Shown here one piece after another: positions 20,281 to 29,633 of a stretch of DNA of 64,000 bases. The notes beneath the pieces are model-generated. The model did no database searches, was not told the origin of the DNA, and saw only the letters and a list, made by a program, of their open reading frames with translations. Both the position numbers and the translations under genes were made by a program. Numbering within the stretch: position 1 is the first letter of the stretch; each line of letters opens with the position of its first letter. The DNA comes from an uncultured Acidobacteriota bacterium (GTDB lineage Bacteria; Acidobacteriota; Thermoanaerobaculia; Multivoradales; UBA5704), in the NCBI GenBank assembly GCA_963770895.1, contig CAVYRF010000001.1, positions 1,824,001 to 1,888,000 of the forward strand. The letters run 5' to 3'.

Positions 20281-20484
20281 ATGAAGAGTACCCGCCTGCT
20301 GCTGCTCGCAGCGATGCTCACGCTGATCTCGACGGCGAGCTGGACCCGCGCCGAGGCACTGACCTGCACTCAGATGTGCTTCCAGAGCTATGACGAATGT
20401 CTGGCCGGCTGCCGCGGCAACGGCACCTGCCGCCTCATCTGCTTGGATGAGTTGGGTGCCTGCAACCAGAATTGCACCAAGTAG
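20281..20484 (+). CDS. Small secreted Cys-rich peptide (8 Cys)
   Basis: AGGAGGAGG RBS; signal peptide ending AEA; two CxxxCx6CxxxC units. Confidence 0.75.
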   Translation: MKSTRLLLLAAMLTLISTASWTRAEALTCTQMCFQSYDECLAGCRGNGTCRLICLDELGACNQNCTK

Positions 20485-20496
20485 CGGGACCGGTGC

Positions 20497-20640
20497 CTAC
20501 GGCTTGGCGGTCCGCGGCAAGACGCGGTTGACGAGCTCCTGCAAAAAGGCATTGGAATGCATGAAGACGGCGAAGTGGCCGCCTCCCTGGATGGCATGAA
20601 GGCTTTGCGCGGGGCGTTGATGGCGTCCAGGTAGTGGTCG
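20497..20640 (-). pseudogene. C-terminal remnant of an alpha/beta hydrolase
   Basis: DHYLDAINAPRKAF, then frameshift, then IQGGGHFAVFMHSNAFLQELVNRVLP. Confidence 0.5.
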
Positions 20641-20856
20641 GCGCCCCGCTTGCTTCTCCCCACTCCAGCAGCCAGGGACGTCTTGGCTTCGGCGATACGA
20701 GCAGGGGTGATGTCCCCAAGGAAGCGCGCGCCAAGCCGATCCGACCACCAGCGAAGTTTCGCCCCTCGCTTGGCCTGCTCCAGGCGTCCGTACTGCGGAA
20801 GGACGTGCACGCGGTACTGCTCGATCAGCTCGTCGAGGGTATGCCGGCGGGCCTCG
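20641..20856 (-). mobile_element. Tyrosine integrase core-binding-domain remnant
   Basis: TLDELIEQY...LRWWSDRLG...LGDITPARIAE; adjacent to the att repeat. Confidence 0.6.
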
Positions 20857-20922
20857 TTGATTTTATTGATGCCCGAGGCGGGGATTCGAACCCGCATGTC
20901 CTTTCGGACGGAAGACTTTAAG
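20857..20922 (-). repeat. att-like duplicate of the tRNA-Leu 3' half plus trailer
   Basis: About 65-bp match to 22164-22228 with roughly three differences. Confidence 0.9.
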
Positions 20923-21243
20923 ACCCTCCCTGCCCCAAAGACGACAACGACCCGCCACACGTAACCGTATGACACCACAGAACTTCTCCAACGTTGCATT
21001 GTTGAGACGTGTCGGCTCCAATGGCGGAATGTTGTCCCTGTTGCCACTACAGTGCCACTGGTGCAGAGCTCCGTTCGGGGCTGCCGGGCCTGACAGCACC
21101 ATGGTCGCCGGGGCTCGCTGAGTGCCAGACCCTCCATCTCCCTTCCGGCCGGGCAGGACCCGACAGAAAGTCGCCGCCCCTTGAGCTGGCCGAGGGTAAG
21201 CCGGACGCCGCAAACCCTCGCTTCGTCAGGGATGACGAGCACC

Positions 21244-21273
21244 TTGACAAGAGGTACGCCATTGGCGCATGAT
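21244..21273 (+). promoter_or_regulatory. TA promoter with palindromic operator
   Basis: TTGACA-18 bp-CATGAT; CGCCA-T-TGGCG palindrome at 21257-21267. Confidence 0.6.
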
Positions 21274-21598
21274 TCGTTCTGTGGTCATCGTTGAAACGAG
21301 GGTCTTTACATCTAGGGTGATCGCCTTGCTCTCTGACGACGACTACAGTTCGCTCCAGTTGGAGCTTCTGAGACGCCCTGCCGCCGGAGCCGTCATTCCC
21401 GGTTCGGGAGGTCTACGGAAGCTCCGGTGGGGCATGACAGGTCGAGGTAAGCGAGGCGGCGCTCGCATCATTTACTACTGGCACGCTCCCTCCTCGCGCC
21501 TGCTGATGCTCTTTGCGTATCCCAAAAACGAGCGAACCGATCTTACGGCGGCTCAGCGTGAAGCTCTCCGTAAGATCGTTGAATCGGAGTACCCATGA
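21269..21598 (+). CDS. higB: RelE/HigB-family toxin (start may be GTG 21281)
   Basis: IPGSGGLRKLRW...GKRGGARIIYY...YPKNE; toxin-first order. Confidence 0.88.
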   Translation: MIRSVVIVETRVFTSRVIALLSDDDYSSLQLELLRRPAAGAVIPGSGGLRKLRWGMTGRGKRGGARIIYYWHAPSSRLLMLFAYPKNERTDLTAAQREALRKIVESEYP

Positions 21599-21900
21599 GA
21601 AAAGACTTGTTCGATGAGCTCCTGGAGAGCGTGCGCGAAGGCGGAGCAATTCTGCGCGGTGAGAAGGCTGCTTCCCGAGAGTTTATCCTCGAAGATCCAG
21701 ACGTGCGAGGTCTTCGAGAGAGCTATGGCTTGAGCCAGCCGAAATTCGCCGCTCTTCTCGGAATCAGCGTTGGGACTCTACGCAATTGGGAACAGGGGCG
21801 CAGGAGGCCGGAGGGAAGCGCACGAGTTCTCCTGCGGATCGTGGCGAGGCATCCAGACGCCTTGCTCGATATGCCGACCACAAGCCAGAAAGTGCGTTAA
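21595..21900 (+). CDS. higA: HTH-XRE antitoxin (HigA/NadS-like)
   Basis: LSQPKFAALLGISVGTLRNWEQGRRRPEG; ATGA overlap with the toxin. Confidence 0.88.
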   Translation: MRKDLFDELLESVREGGAILRGEKAASREFILEDPDVRGLRESYGLSQPKFAALLGISVGTLRNWEQGRRRPEGSARVLLRIVARHPDALLDMPTTSQKVR

Positions 21901-21946
21901 ATCAGATCGCCCGTGGCATCGCCATCGCCGAACGGGAAGCCGCCTG

Positions 21947-22006
21947 ATCGTCAACGTCGAGGGCGAGGGCTACCGGCTCAAGGAGAAGCGCAAAGCGGGC
22001 CTGCTG
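21947..22006 (+). mobile_element. IS21 IstB C-terminal remnant
   Basis: IVNVEGEGYRLKEKRKAGLL resembles the IstB terminal G-x-SYRLKE motif. Confidence 0.6.
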
Positions 22007-22176
22007 ACGCGAAGTGAGCCCTATACGGAGCCCGTGTCCAGTGCAGACGCTGCAACCGATGCGCTGCTCCAAGTAGGCCACGGGGCATGTTTGTCACTGC
22101 CCCAATTCCCCCCCAATTCCTTCAGCAGCGCAAGCCAAGTTCCACCATCGCTGGCACAAGTCTTTGATTCTATTGA

Positions 22177-22259
22177 TGCCCGAGGCGGGATTCGAACCCG
22201 CATGTCCTTTCGGACGGAAGATTTTAAGTCTCCTGCGTCTACCGTTCCGCCACTCGGGC
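22177..22259 (-). tRNA. tRNA-Leu (TAA)
   Basis: GCCCGAG acceptor stem, GGAGA-CTTAAAA-TCTTC anticodon arm, long variable arm, GTTCGAATC; CCA not encoded. Confidence 0.95.
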
Positions 22260-22520
22260 GCTGGTGGATTGTAGGGCCGCCAGGGGTTGAGGGGTGACGT
22301 GCCCTGCTCCTGCCGATTCTAGCCTTGCAGCGTTGCCGCGACGGCCGCACCGCTTGACGCTGGCGCCGGGTGGGGGATGTCGCCTCAGGAGCCCCCTGTT
22401 GCGGGGCGGGGCCGATTGTGATCCGCTGGCGCGTGCGGCACGCTTCGGCGCGCGTTGCCGGCGGCTGGTGCGCGGGTGCAGCGGCGCAAAGTGGCAGGCG
22501 CCATCAGGGAGGGTCGGCTT

Positions 22521-22892
22521 TTGATCCAGCATATCCGTCAGCCGGCGGTGGTGCAGTCGGCCGGCAACAAGCCCAAACGGATCGAAGAGTTCATCGGCGG
22601 CGTCAACACTGGCACCGCTGGCGTCAGCATCGCCCGCATGCGCAGTCCGGGCGGCTGGGTCGAACCGGGCCAGCGCCCCGACTTCGACGAATACACCGTC
22701 GTGCTCTCCGGCCTGCTGCGGGTGCAGAGCGCGGAAGGCTCGGTCGACGTGCGCGCCGGCGAGGCTGTGATCGTGCCCAGGCACACGTGGATCCAGTATT
22801 CGACCCCCGAGGCGGAAGGCGCCGAATACATCGCGGTCTGTCTGCCGGCGTTTTCGCCCAACACGGTGCATCGCGACGACGGCCCGGCGTGA
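22521..22892 (+). CDS. Cupin-domain protein
   Basis: GNKPKRIEEFIG, GWVEPGQRPDFDEYTVVLSG; TTG start after GGGAGG. Confidence 0.8.
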   Translation: MIQHIRQPAVVQSAGNKPKRIEEFIGGVNTGTAGVSIARMRSPGGWVEPGQRPDFDEYTVVLSGLLRVQSAEGSVDVRAGEAVIVPRHTWIQYSTPEAEGAEYIAVCLPAFSPNTVHRDDGPA

Positions 22893-23149
22893 GGCCGGCC
22901 AGCCGTCAAAAAACGGGCCGTACGCGTCAGCGGCCGGCGCTGAGGTAGCGGCGGCCCTGAGGCGGGGGGACGGGCCGCCCGTCCCCCCTGCGAGCTGTCG
23001 CGCGAGGCCGGTTTCCCATCCCCCAGGGCCACCCAGGTAATGCCGCCGGCGGGCTTCGCCTGGAAACTGGACTGACAGGGCCGCTTTGTGCACTCCTACT
23101 AGCGTGAGGGGCGACGATATTCTCCTATTGGCATAGGCCCATCGGCTGG

Positions 23150-26100
23150 GTGACCATGCGAGGTTCGATGGAAGAGTTTGCGGACATGGTGGATGTGGAG
23201 CCCGCGACCGCGCTGGGGGTCTGCGAGCCTGGGGCGGCCGGGGCGCGGCAGGCCCTGACCGGCAGCGATGGGTGGACGGAGGCGATCGAAGAGATCGTCG
23301 GCGGCGTGTGGTGTGAGCTGCTGGCACGGGACGTGATCGGTCCGGATCAGGATCTGGGTGAGCCGGGCGGCGGCTCCGCCGTGGCGGTGCGGGCGGCAGC
23401 GCTGCTGGGCGAGGTGTTTGGGGTCGACCTGGCGCGGTGTGCCCTGGGCGCCGGGGCGACGGTCGGCAGTGTGGCGGCGCGGATCGTCGCGGCGCTGCGC
23501 GATGCGGCGGGGGAGCCGCTGCCGCGGTTGCAGCCGGCTCTGCGCGATCGGCCGCTGCCGGCGTCGGCAGCGCAGCAACGGCTGTGGATGCTCGCCCAGC
23601 TGGATCGCGGCGGCCCGGCTTGCAACGCGGCCGTGGCCCTGGCACTGCGGGGACCGCTGGCGCTGCCGGCGCTTGCGGGGGCGCTTGCCGAGCTGGTGCG
23701 GCGGCATGATGGGTTGCGCGCGACGTTTTCGATGGAGCAGGAGGGCCTGGTGCAGACGGTGGCACCGGCCGCGCCGGCGGCCTTGTCGGTGCCAGCGGTC
23801 CTGCCGGTGCCGGCGGCGCTGCCGGTCGTAGATCTGAGCGCCCTGCCGCACGCAGCCGGCGCCGCCGAGGCCGGCCGCGTGTGCCGCGGTGAGAGCCGCC
23901 GGCGGTTCGACCTGACCCGCGGGCCGCTGCTGCGTTCGGTGCTGCTGCGCAGCGGGATCGCGGACCACCTGCTGTTGGTCGTGCTGGATCGCACGATCTG
24001 CGATGCCGGGTCAAAGGCGGTCCTGCTGGGCGAGCTTGGCGACCTGTACAACGGTCTGCGGCGAGGGTGCCGGGAGCTGCTGCCGCCGCCGCTGCGCGTG
24101 CAGGCTGCCGACGTCGCCTGGCGCGAGCGCCTGTGGCTGGCGGGCGACGCGGCGGCAGGCCACCGGGCCTTTTGGCGGCGGCAGCTGGCGGGACTGCCGA
24201 CAGTGCTCGATCTGCCCTTCGACCGGCCACGGCCGGCGGCCCGGCGGTGGCATCGCGGCGCCGCGCGCCCAGTGGTGCTGGCGGCGCCGGCGGTGGCGGG
24301 GATCCGGCGGCTCGCCCGGCGGCAGCAGGCCGCTTCGTGCATGGTGTGGCTGGCGGCTTTCCAGGTGCTGCTGGCGCGCTATGCCGGCCAGGACGACGTC
24401 GCCGTCGGAGTGCCGACCGCCGGGCGTGGCGACGCCGACGTGGCGCGGCTGATCGGGGTGTTCGACAACACCCTGGCCGTGCGCACCCGCCTGGGTGCGA
24501 CGTCGACGTTCGAGCAGGTCGTCGCCGGCGCGCGGCAGGCGGTGGTGGCGGCCTTCGCGCACCGGGACCTCCCGTTCGCGCAGGTGATCCAGGCGGTGCA
24601 GCCGCGGCGCAGTCTGCGGCACGCGCCGCTGTGCCAGGTGCGCTTCGCCCTGCAGAGCGTCGCGCCGGTGGCGCCGGCGCTCTCCGGCCTGGCGGTGCGC
24701 GCTGTCGGGATGGACGACCCCACGGGCGCGCGGCAGCGGGAACACCATCACGACAGCGACAGCGAGGCCGTGTGCCACGACGGGTACGACCTGGGGTGGA
24801 CCTTGGGCGCCCAGGCTGACGGCTGCGGCTGGTTGTCGTTTGATGCCGACCTGTTCGATGCTGCCACCATCGGGCGGCTGGCGCATCACCTGGCGGTCCT
24901 GGTGGAGGGCGCGGTCGCCGCGCCCGCGACCGGCTGGCGGGACCTGCCGCTGCTGGCGCCGGCGGAGCTGCACCAGCTGCGCCATGCCTGGAACGACACC
25001 GAGCGGCGCCCGCTGCCGGCGCCGGCCGGGGTGTTCGAACGTTTCCGCGTCCAGGCCGCCGCCGATCCCGGCCGGGTGGCGCTGGAGTGGGCGGGGGAGC
25101 GCCTGACCTACCAGGAGCTGAATCGGCGTGCCGCGGCCGCCGCCGCCGCCCTGTGCGCCAGGGGAGCCGGCCCCGGCGGCCTGGCGGCAATCTTCCTGGA
25201 GCGCTCGGCGTGGCTGGCCGCGGCCTTCCTGGGCGCCCTCGCGGCGGGGTGCGCGTGGGTGGTGCTGGACCCCGATCACCCGCCGGAGCGGCAGCGCCTG
25301 CTGGTGGCGGAAGCGCGGCCGCGGTGGCTCCTCACCACGCGGGACCTGATTGCACGCGGGCCTACGGCGGCGGGCGAGCCGATCGTGCTCGACGACCTGG
25401 AGCTGGCGGGTGAGGCCGCCAAAATCGCTAGGGCAGCCGCAGCCGCTGCGACCACGGCCGCTGCGACCACGACCGCTTCGACCACGACCGCTTCGACCAC
25501 AACCGCCGCGATCACGACCCCTGCGACGACGACCGCTGCGACGACGCCAGCTGCGACCACTCTATCTGCGACCACGACCGCCGCGGGGCCGACCGACCTG
25601 GCATACCTGGTGTACACGTCCGGCTCGACCGGCAGCCCCAAGGGGGTGCTGACGCCGCGCGGCGGCGTCGAAAGCTACCTGGCCTACCTGCGAGACGCCT
25701 GGGGGCTGGGCGCTGCGGACGTGGTGTTGCAGCTGGCGGCGCCGACGTTCGATGCGTCGGTGCGCGATCTGCTGGGGCCGCTGACCGCCGGTGGGCGCGT
25801 CGTCCTGCCCACGGCCGAGCAGGCCAGGGACCCGCGCGCGCTGATCGCGCTGCTCGCGGCCAGCCGGGCGACCTGCCTGCTCAGCGTCGTGCCGACGCTG
25901 CTGGCATCGCTCCTGGATGCCGCCGAAAGCACCGGCGTCATCTGCCGCTCGGTGCGCCTCATCCTGGTCAGCGGCGAGCGCTTTCCGGCGCCGCTTGCCG
26001 CCCGCGCCCGCGCGGTATTCGGCGCCGGGGTGCGGCTGGTCAACCAGTTCGGACCGACCGAGTGCACCATGACGTCGACGTTCCACCGGCTGGCGGCGGC

Positions 26101-28075
26101 GATGCCGGGCGACGGTGGCGGCCAGGTGGCCATCGGCTTCCCAATCCCCAACGCCCGCGTCCACGTGCTGGATGCGGCGCTGCGATTGCAGCCGATCGGC
26201 GTGACGGGCGGGATCCACATCGGCGGCGCCGGACTGGCCTGGGGCTATCTGGCCAAGCCGGACGCCACGGCGGAGCGATTCCTGCCCGATCCGTTCGCCG
26301 TCGAGCCCGGCTCGCGCCTGTATGCCACCGGCGACCTGGGCCGGCGCCGCGCCGACGGCACGCTCGACTTCCTGGGACGCACCGACCAGCAGCTCAAGCT
26401 GCGCGGCGTGCGCGTCGAACCGGGCGAGATCGAGGCCGTGCTGGCAAGCCATCCGCTGGTCAGCCGGGCGGCGGTGGTGGCGCGCGACGGCGGCCAGCGG
26501 CTGGTCGCCTTTGCCGTTCTGGCCAGCGGTCCGGCGAACGCGGTAACCGCCGGCGGTGCCGTCGCGACCGCGATCGCTTCTTCGGCGGCCGCCGCCGTCA
26601 GGGACCCTGCTGCCGCCGGCGCCGCCGGCACCGCTGGCACCGCAGCTGTCGTGGCCGGCGCGCTGCGGGAGCACCTGCGCGCGCGCCTGCCGGAATCCAT
26701 GGTGCCGGCGCCGATCGTGATCCTGGACACGTTGCCGCTGACCGCCACCGGCAAGGTGGACCGCCGGGCGCTTCCCGATCCCGACGATTTCGGTCTGGAT
26801 CCGGACGATGCGGAGCGCGATCCCGCGTCCGGCGGCGCCCAGGCGCCGCGGTCGCCGCTCGAGCTGCGGCTGGTGCGGATCTGGGAGGACCTGCTGGCGG
26901 TGCGGCCGATCGGCATCGCCGACGACTTCTTCGACCTGGGCGGCGACTCGCAGCTGGCCGTCCGGCTGGTGGCCGAACTACGCCGCCAGCTTGGGCGCGA
27001 CCTGCCCCTGGCGGCGCTCTTTGCGGGGCCTACCGTGGAGCGGCTGGCGTGGCACCTCGATGAGAGCGCGGCGCCGCTGTCGTCGTCGTCAGCGGCGCCG
27101 CTGGTGCTGTTGCAGCCGCACGGCGCCGGGCCGCCGCTGTTCTGCGTGCATCCCGCGGGCGGCAACGTCCGCTGCTACGTCGACCTGGCATATCACCTGG
27201 GCGAGGATCGCCGCGTGTTCGCCTTGGAGATGCCCGGTCCCGGCCCTGGCTCCGCCGGTCTCGGCTCTGCCGGCATCAGTCCGACCGGGGCGGTCGGCGC
27301 GATGGGGGCGGCGGCCGCAGCCGGCACGGCCGGCGCGGCCGGCAATGGGGCGCCGCCGGAGTCGGTGGAGGAGATGGCGGCGCGCTACGTGGCCGCCGTC
27401 CGCGCAGCGCAACCGGCGGGACCTCACCGGTTGGCCGGCTGGTCCTTCGGCGGCCTGGTCGCCCTGGAGATGGCCCGGCAGCTGCGCGCCGCCGGCGGCG
27501 AGGTAGCGTGGCTGTGGCTGTTCGATACCGTTCGCCAGCGCGACGGCTGGGCCCCCGACGACGAAGAAGAGCTGCTGGCGTGCGCCCTGGGCGAGGACCT
27601 GGGCAGCGAGCCCGACGCCATGCGCGCCCACGCCGCCACCGGCACGGCCGAGCTGGAGGCCTGGCTGGCGGAGCGCTACCGGCAGGCGGCGCTGGTGCCG
27701 CCAGGCTTCGGCGCGGCGCAGGCGCACGCCTATCTGGCGCGGCGCCGGGCGCATGCCCATGCCGCGAACCGCTACCGGCCGCGCCCCTACGGCGGCAGGA
27801 TCACCCTTTTCTGGGCACGCGACAGGCCCGGCCGCGAGCCTCACGATGCGTGGCGGGAGTGGGAGGAGCTGGCGGCAGGAGACCTGGAGGTGATCGAGGT
27901 GCCGGGCCGGCACGAGACCATCCTGCGCCGCCCGGCGGTCGCGACCGTGGCCGGCCTGCTGCGACAGCGGCTGAAAAGGTCGGACGGCCTGGACCAGGCG
28001 GACCGCCAGGACTGCCCGGACCGGCAGAACCGGCAGCACGGGCTGGAGCGGCTGGGCCGCCAGAACCCATCCTGA
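23150..28075 (+). CDS. Stand-alone NRPS: T-C(atypical)-A-T-TE
   Basis: N-terminal GGGS T-like segment; C motif DRTICDAGS; YTSGSTGSPKG, FGPTE, YATGD; LGGDS; TE GWSFGG. Confidence 0.88.
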   Translation: MTMRGSMEEFADMVDVEPATALGVCEPGAAGARQALTGSDGWTEAIEEIVGGVWCELLARDVIGPDQDLGEPGGGSAVAVRAAALLGEVFGVDLARCALGAGATVGSVAARIVAALRDAAGEPLPRLQPALRDRPLPASAAQQRLWMLAQLDRGGPACNAAVALALRGPLALPALAGALAELVRRHDGLRATFSMEQEGLVQTVAPAAPAALSVPAVLPVPAALPVVDLSALPHAAGAAEAGRVCRGESRRRFDLTRGPLLRSVLLRSGIADHLLLVVLDRTICDAGSKAVLLGELGDLYNGLRRGCRELLPPPLRVQAADVAWRERLWLAGDAAAGHRAFWRRQLAGLPTVLDLPFDRPRPAARRWHRGAARPVVLAAPAVAGIRRLARRQQAASCMVWLAAFQVLLARYAGQDDVAVGVPTAGRGDADVARLIGVFDNTLAVRTRLGATSTFEQVVAGARQAVVAAFAHRDLPFAQVIQAVQPRRSLRHAPLCQVRFALQSVAPVAPALSGLAVRAVGMDDPTGARQREHHHDSDSEAVCHDGYDLGWTLGAQADGCGWLSFDADLFDAATIGRLAHHLAVLVEGAVAAPATGWRDLPLLAPAELHQLRHAWNDTERRPLPAPAGVFERFRVQAAADPGRVALEWAGERLTYQELNRRAAAAAAALCARGAGPGGLAAIFLERSAWLAAAFLGALAAGCAWVVLDPDHPPERQRLLVAEARPRWLLTTRDLIARGPTAAGEPIVLDDLELAGEAAKIARAAAAAATTAAATTTASTTTASTTTAAITTPATTTAATTPAATTLSATTTAAGPTDLAYLVYTSGSTGSPKGVLTPRGGVESYLAYLRDAWGLGAADVVLQLAAPTFDASVRDLLGPLTAGGRVVLPTAEQARDPRALIALLAASRATCLLSVVPTLLASLLDAAESTGVICRSVRLILVSGERFPAPLAARARAVFGAGVRLVNQFGPTECTMTSTFHRLAAAMPGDGGGQVAIGFPIPNARVHVLDAALRLQPIGVTGGIHIGGAGLAWGYLAKPDATAERFLPDPFAVEPGSRLYATGDLGRRRADGTLDFLGRTDQQLKLRGVRVEPGEIEAVLASHPLVSRAAVVARDGGQRLVAFAVLASGPANAVTAGGAVATAIASSAAAAVRDPAAAGAAGTAGTAAVVAGALREHLRARLPESMVPAPIVILDTLPLTATGKVDRRALPDPDDFGLDPDDAERDPASGGAQAPRSPLELRLVRIWEDLLAVRPIGIADDFFDLGGDSQLAVRLVAELRRQLGRDLPLAALFAGPTVERLAWHLDESAAPLSSSSAAPLVLLQPHGAGPPLFCVHPAGGNVRCYVDLAYHLGEDRRVFALEMPGPGPGSAGLGSAGISPTGAVGAMGAAAAAGTAGAAGNGAPPESVEEMAARYVAAVRAAQPAGPHRLAGWSFGGLVALEMARQLRAAGGEVAWLWLFDTVRQRDGWAPDDEEELLACALGEDLGSEPDAMRAHAATGTAELEAWLAERYRQAALVPPGFGAAQAHAYLARRRAHAHAANRYRPRPYGGRITLFWARDRPGREPHDAWREWEELAAGDLEVIEVPGRHETILRRPAVATVAGLLRQRLKRSDGLDQADRQDCPDRQNRQHGLERLGRQNPS
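25438..25585 (+). repeat. Degenerate 15-nt tandem repeat encoding an Ala/Thr tract inside the A domain
   Basis: GCGACCACGACCGCT-like units. Confidence 0.75.
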
Positions 28076-28131
28076 CCATCTGGCATATGGGTTCATGGGT
28101 TACAGCAAGTCTTCGCCCTGGTGGTGTTGCA

Positions 28132-28707
28132 ATGCCCGCTGGTTCACAACCTGACTCACCGTTCCGCCGGACCCCGGCGGCGGCAGTGGCCAGGAGTGGC
28201 GCCGCGGGCGGCGCCTGGTATTCGGCTAGCGGCCGGCATCGCTACCTTTTGTGGCGCACGCTCAGGGTCGGCGTGGCCAGGCCGCGGTTGCTGCTGATCG
28301 TTGGGATGAATCCTTCGACAGCGACCGAAGACGTCGACGACCCGACCGTCTGCCGCTGCCGTGCGCGCGCCGCTTCCATGGGCTTCGACGGCCTGTTGAT
28401 CGCCAACCTTTTTGCCTATCGCGCCACGGATCCCGCCAGGCTCAGGTCTGTCAAGGATCCGGTGGGGGAGGCGAACGACCACACTCTTCGGCTGGCCGCC
28501 GGCGTCGCCGCCATGATCCTGTGCGCCTGGGGCGTGCATCGCGCCGGCAGGGTCCGCGCGGAGCAGGTCCTGCACATCCTGCGCGGGCGGCCGCTGCACG
28601 TGTTCGGCTTGACGGCGGGCGGCCATCCGAGGCATCCCCTGTACCTGCCCGCGTCGGCGCGGCCGGTGCGATGGCAGCCGCAGCCCCATCCGCCCGCGGG
28701 AGACTAG
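28132..28707 (+). CDS. DUF1643-family protein
   Basis: RYLLWR, GMNPSTA....DDPT, NLFAYRATDP, AWG, GHPRHPLY. Confidence 0.85.
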   Translation: MPAGSQPDSPFRRTPAAAVARSGAAGGAWYSASGRHRYLLWRTLRVGVARPRLLLIVGMNPSTATEDVDDPTVCRCRARAASMGFDGLLIANLFAYRATDPARLRSVKDPVGEANDHTLRLAAGVAAMILCAWGVHRAGRVRAEQVLHILRGRPLHVFGLTAGGHPRHPLYLPASARPVRWQPQPHPPAGD

Positions 28708-28740
28708 ATCCCCCGCAGGTCCCTTGCGGCGCGTTTGCCG

Positions 28741-29631
28741 TCAAAGGGCAGGGCGGCAGCGCAGGCAGTCGCGGATCACGGCCAGGGCGGTGTCCAGCTC
28801 GGGAGGCGCCAGCTGCAGCCGCGGTGGGCGCACGGTGGGGGTGCCGGCGCCGACCTCGGTCTGGACCAGCTTGATCAGCTGCACGAACTTGGGCACGACG
28901 TCCAGGCGCAGCAGCGGCAGAAACCACTGGTACAGGGCCTGTGCCTCGGCGTGGCGGCCGGCGATGGCGAGATCGAACAGGCGCACCGACTCGGCGGGCA
29001 GCGCGTCGACCAGGCCGGCGATCCAGCCGACGGCGCCGGCGGCAATTCCTTCCACGATCAGGTCGTCGACGCCCATGAAGATGGCTAGGCGATCGCCGAG
29101 CAGGGCGCGCAGGGCGGTCACGCGCCGCACGTCGCCGGTCGATTCCTTGACCGCTTGCAGGTTCGTCAGGTCGCACAGGTCCGCCATGCCCTCGGGGTGC
29201 ACGTCGGTGCGATACGCGATGGGATTGTTGTACAGCATGCAGGGCAGCGGCGTGGCGCCGATCACGGCGCGAAAGTGCGCCGCCGTTTCGCGGTCGTCGC
29301 CGACGTAGAGGTAGGGCGGCAGCACCATCAGGCCGTCGCAGCCGGCCGCGGCGGCATCGCGCGCCAGGGTCACGGCGCCGGCGGTCGACAGCGCCGCCAC
29401 GCCCGCGACCAGCGGCGTCGCGGCGCCGGCGGCCTCGCGGCAGGCTGCCAGCACCGCCAGCTTTTCGTCGTGGCTCAGCGTCGCGCCCTCGCCGAGCGAG
29501 CCCAGGGGGACGATGCCCCGGCATCCCTGCTCGACCAGCCAGCGAACCTGGCGGCGCAGCATGTCCAGGTCCAACGACAGGTCGGGATGGAAAGGTGTGG
29601 TGATGGCGGCAAACACGCCTCGCCATTGCAT
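28741..29631 (-). CDS. lhpC: DHDPS-family lyase, probable 1-pyrroline-4-hydroxy-2-carboxylate deaminase
   Basis: GSLGE, YNNP, VKESTGD; Hyp operon context. Confidence 0.8.
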   Translation of the reverse strand: MQWRGVFAAITTPFHPDLSLDLDMLRRQVRWLVEQGCRGIVPLGSLGEGATLSHDEKLAVLAACREAAGAATPLVAGVAALSTAGAVTLARDAAAAGCDGLMVLPPYLYVGDDRETAAHFRAVIGATPLPCMLYNNPIAYRTDVHPEGMADLCDLTNLQAVKESTGDVRRVTALRALLGDRLAIFMGVDDLIVEGIAAGAVGWIAGLVDALPAESVRLFDLAIAGRHAEAQALYQWFLPLLRLDVVPKFVQLIKLVQTEVGAGTPTVRPPRLQLAPPELDTALAVIRDCLRCRPAL

Positions 29632-29633
29632 GG

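Noticed and set aside
20388-21242. Intact 284-aa integrase ORF
   Set aside because: It reads through the att/tRNA duplicate and a hydrolase remnant, with no catalytic R-H-R-Y domain; it is a chance chimera.
22239-25190. Long Arg/Pro/Ala-rich alternative-frame and antisense ORFs here and throughout (e.g. 29961..33044, 37865..40942, 47280..49445)
   Set aside because: Shadow ORFs expected at this GC content; they overlap genes with clear motifs.
25438-25585. CRISPR array
   Set aside because: Contiguous degenerate coding repeats with no spacers and no cas genes.
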